This document shows positions 58,386 to 64,000 of a stretch of 64,000 nt of DNA, in pieces. Each line of letters starts with the position of its first letter. The stretch's first letter is position 1. The DNA comes from an uncultured Actinomycetes bacterium (lineage in GTDB: Bacteria > Actinomycetota > Thermoleophilia > UBA2241), in the NCBI GenBank assembly GCA_963767005.1, contig CAVYCN010000010.1:100059-164058 (forward strand). The letters run 5' to 3'. The notes under the pieces were generated by a model. That model searched no databases. It was not told the origin of the DNA and worked only from the letters and a program-made list of their open reading frames with translations. The position numbers were made by a program, and so were the translations under genes.

Positions 58386-59090
58386 ATGGCCCACGGCCGC
58401 AAGTACCAGGCAGCACGCGCTGCCATCGACCCCGACCGCGTCTACAGCCCGCTCGAGGCCGTCCGTCTGCTCAAGGCGCTCGACACCGCGAAGTTCGACG
58501 AGACCGTCGAGGTCCACTTTCGTCTGGGCGTCGACGTGCGCCACGCCGATCAGATCGTGCGCGGCACCACCATCCTGCCGCACGGCACCGGCCGCTCCGT
58601 GCGGATCGCCGTGTTCGCCGAGGGCGAGAAGGCGCGCGAGGCGACCGAGGCCGGCGCCGACATCGTCGGCTCCGACGACCTCGCCAAGCGTGTGCAGGAC
58701 GGCCAGCTCGACTTCGACGTCGCGATCGCCACGCCCGACATGATGGGCACCGTCGGCCGCCTGGGCCGCATCCTCGGCCCCCGTGGCCTCATGCCGAACC
58801 CCAAGTCCGGGACGGTCACCTTCGACGTGGGCAAGGCGATCACCGACGCCAAGGCTGGCAAGGTCGAGTACCGCACCGACCGCAGCGGCATCATCCACCT
58901 GAGCATCGGCAAGAAGTCGTTCGACGAGACGCAGCTCGTCGAGAACTACGGGGCCGTGCTCGACGAGATCGTGCGTGCCAAGCCGTCCGCCTCGAAGGGC
59001 CGCTATCTGAAGAGCGTGAACCTCACCTCGACGATGGGCCCCTCGATCGAGCTCGACTCGACCCGCACGCGCGACCTGCTCGAAGGCTAG
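58386..59090 (+). CDS. rplA: 50S ribosomal protein L1
   Basis: [38 protein letters not shown]. Confidence 0.98.
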   Translation: MAHGRKYQAARAAIDPDRVYSPLEAVRLLKALDTAKFDETVEVHFRLGVDVRHADQIVRGTTILPHGTGRSVRIAVFAEGEKAREATEAGADIVGSDDLAKRVQDGQLDFDVAIATPDMMGTVGRLGRILGPRGLMPNPKSGTVTFDVGKAITDAKAGKVEYRTDRSGIIHLSIGKKSFDETQLVENYGAVLDEIVRAKPSASKGRYLKSVNLTSTMGPSIELDSTRTRDLLEG

Positions 59091-59099
59091 CCGTCGTAT

Positions 59100-59136
59100 C
59101 GCGGGGCGGGCGGGCCTGCGGCCCGCCCGCCCCGCG
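59100..59136 (+). terminator. GC-rich hairpin after rplA
   Basis: cgcggggcgggcgggcc-tgc-ggcccgcccgccccgcg. Confidence 0.6.
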
Positions 59137-59188
59137 CCGGCCGGTCGCCCGAAAGCGACCGGCCGGCGGCTCCATCAGGCACGCGCAG

Positions 59189-59217
59189 TTGCCGGAGCGC
59201 CCGAAAGGGCATATACT
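59189..59217 (+). promoter_or_regulatory. Sigma70-type promoter for rplJL
   Basis: TTGCCG-N17-TATACT. Confidence 0.7.
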
Positions 59218-59244
59218 GCGCCGTCGCGGCGCGTGTGAGCGCCG

Positions 59245-59360
59245 CAGCCGAAGAAGGTCGGTGCCCCCCAGGGGGCCCAAGGGGCCGGCAGGCCCGCCCG
59301 CCCGAGGCGAGAAGCGCGACCACACCGTGGCCCGCTCCCCGTCCGGGAGCGGTTTTTTTG
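59245..59360 (+). ncRNA. Putative L10 leader with attenuator terminator
   Basis: gccgaaga...ccgagg structured leader followed by ccgctccc-cgtcc-gggagcgg-TTTTTTT upstream of rplJ. Confidence 0.6.
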
Positions 59361-59382
59361 TGGAGCGACAGCGAGGTCTCCC

Positions 59383-59913
59383 ATGCTGCGAAAAGACAAA
59401 GAAGCGGTGGTCGAAGAGGCGACCAAGCTGCTCGCCGCGACCGAGGCGCTCTACCTGAGCGACTACCGTGGCCTGACCGTGTCAGAGCTCACCGAGCTGC
59501 GCGGCAAGCTGCGCGAGGGCGGCGCCGTGCTGCACGTCCTCAAGAACACCCTGGCGCGCCGCGCCGCCGCCGATGCCGGGCGCGACCAGATCGTGCCGCT
59601 GCTCTCGGGTCCGACGGCGGTCACCTTCTGCAGCGACGACCCGGTCGCGCCGGCCAAGGCGCTCGTCGACTTCATGCGGACGCACCCGCAGCTCGTCGTG
59701 CGCGGCGGCCTGCTGCAGGGCCAGGCGATCGACGTCGATGGTGTGCGCTCGCTGTCGGCGCTGCCGTCGCGGACCGTGCTCATCGGGCAGGTCGTGGGCA
59801 CCATGGCGGCGCCGCTCTCCGGCCTCGTCACCGTGCTCCAGGGCACGATCAGCGGTTTCGCGCGGGCGCTGCAGCAGATCGTGGAGCAACGCACGGCGGC
59901 CGGCGAGGCCTGA
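59383..59913 (+). CDS. rplJ: 50S ribosomal protein L10
   Basis: DYRGLTVSELTELR, VLKNTLARRA, LSGPTA, LSALPS. Confidence 0.97.
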   Translation: MLRKDKEAVVEEATKLLAATEALYLSDYRGLTVSELTELRGKLREGGAVLHVLKNTLARRAAADAGRDQIVPLLSGPTAVTFCSDDPVAPAKALVDFMRTHPQLVVRGGLLQGQAIDVDGVRSLSALPSRTVLIGQVVGTMAAPLSGLVTVLQGTISGFARALQQIVEQRTAAGEA

Positions 59914-59997
59914 GCGGCCTCACCCGGCACCCGGCAGACAGAGACTGAAAGTAGTAAGAGACGAACGAGACCCGTTCCGACGACGAGGTGAACTGAC

Positions 59998-60387
59998 GTG
60001 GCAGACAAGACCCTCACCAAAGAAGAGCTCATCGAGCAGATCAAGAAGATGAGCGTGCTCGACCTCGCCGAGCTCGTGCACGCCCTCGAAGATGAGTTCG
60101 GCGTGAGCGCGGCCGCTCCGGTCGCCGTCGCCGCCGGCCCCGCCGCCGCGGCCGAGGCCGAGCCGGCCGAGGAGCAGACGAGCTTCGACGTCGTCCTGCA
60201 GGCCTTCGGCGAGAAGAAGATCGAGGTCATCAAGGTCGTACGCGCCCTCACCGGGCTCGGCCTGAAAGAAGCCAAGGCGGCCGTCGAAGAGGCGCCCAGG
60301 GCCATCAAGGAGGGCGTCAACAAGGACGAGGCCGAGGAGGCCAAGAAGCAGCTCGAGGCGGCCGGCGCCACCGTCGAGATCAAATAG
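59998..60387 (+). CDS. rplL: 50S ribosomal protein L7/L12
   Basis: [37 protein letters not shown]. Confidence 0.98.
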   Translation: MADKTLTKEELIEQIKKMSVLDLAELVHALEDEFGVSAAAPVAVAAGPAAAAEAEPAEEQTSFDVVLQAFGEKKIEVIKVVRALTGLGLKEAKAAVEEAPRAIKEGVNKDEAEEAKKQLEAAGATVEIK

Positions 60388-60474
60388 ACAGGTTCCCCCC
60401 GTGAGGGGGCTGTCGGCGGCCTTCCGCGAGCGTGGTTTGGAGGGCGTCGGTTGTGGGCACCCACAACTGGCGCC

Positions 60475-60503
60475 TTGCCATGCTTTGCCAACTCGTGTAA
60501 TCT
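60475..60503 (+). promoter_or_regulatory. Sigma70-type promoter for rpoB
   Basis: TTGCCA-N17-TAATCT. Confidence 0.7.
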
Positions 60504-60594
60504 ATGCGGTCGTGCCGTCCGCCGCGTTCAGCTATAGCCCAGCCTCCCCGCGGCTTGCCGTCCGCTGCTTCAGCCTACCGAGAGGAGTCTCCAC

Positions 60595-64000
<3,406 letters not shown>

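Overview
Very GC-rich bacterial chromosome segment, most consistent with an Actinomycetota genome, probably Thermoleophilia (inferred from gene content and RpoB features). Left to right: a MoxR/DUF58/transglutaminase trio, a UvrD-like helicase, an orphan cobQ, an S41 protease, a short MetE-like protein, a STAS protein, tatA, an EamA transporter, a large L,D-transpeptidase with 123-bp perfect tandem repeats, an MFS pump, a PD-(D/E)XK nuclease and a DUF4388 protein. These are followed by a heme/menaquinone region (hemB, ahbD-like, hemL, rex, futalosine-pathway genes), an APC permease, lepB and two MFS genes. The window ends with the rpmG-tRNA-Trp-secE-nusG-rplKA-rplJL-rpoB cluster; rpoB runs off the end. 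The most notable item is at about 39.2-46.8 kb. An unannotated 25-aa ORF (MKKIENALASIVLVLVASGGSGKIH, 40650-40727) lies directly upstream of a membrane-sensor/HD-GYP gene, divergent from an MFS transporter and near a MalT-type TPR-LuxR regulator. A lower-GC block covers the MFS 5' part, the peptide and the sensor domain, with breakpoints inside genes, and a second low-GC patch covers the regulator's TPR region. This suggests a peptide-signalling system with an exchangeable specificity cassette feeding c-di-GMP turnover (inference, untested). A dispersed ~58-59-bp imperfect-palindromic repeat family also occurs at three intergenic loci.
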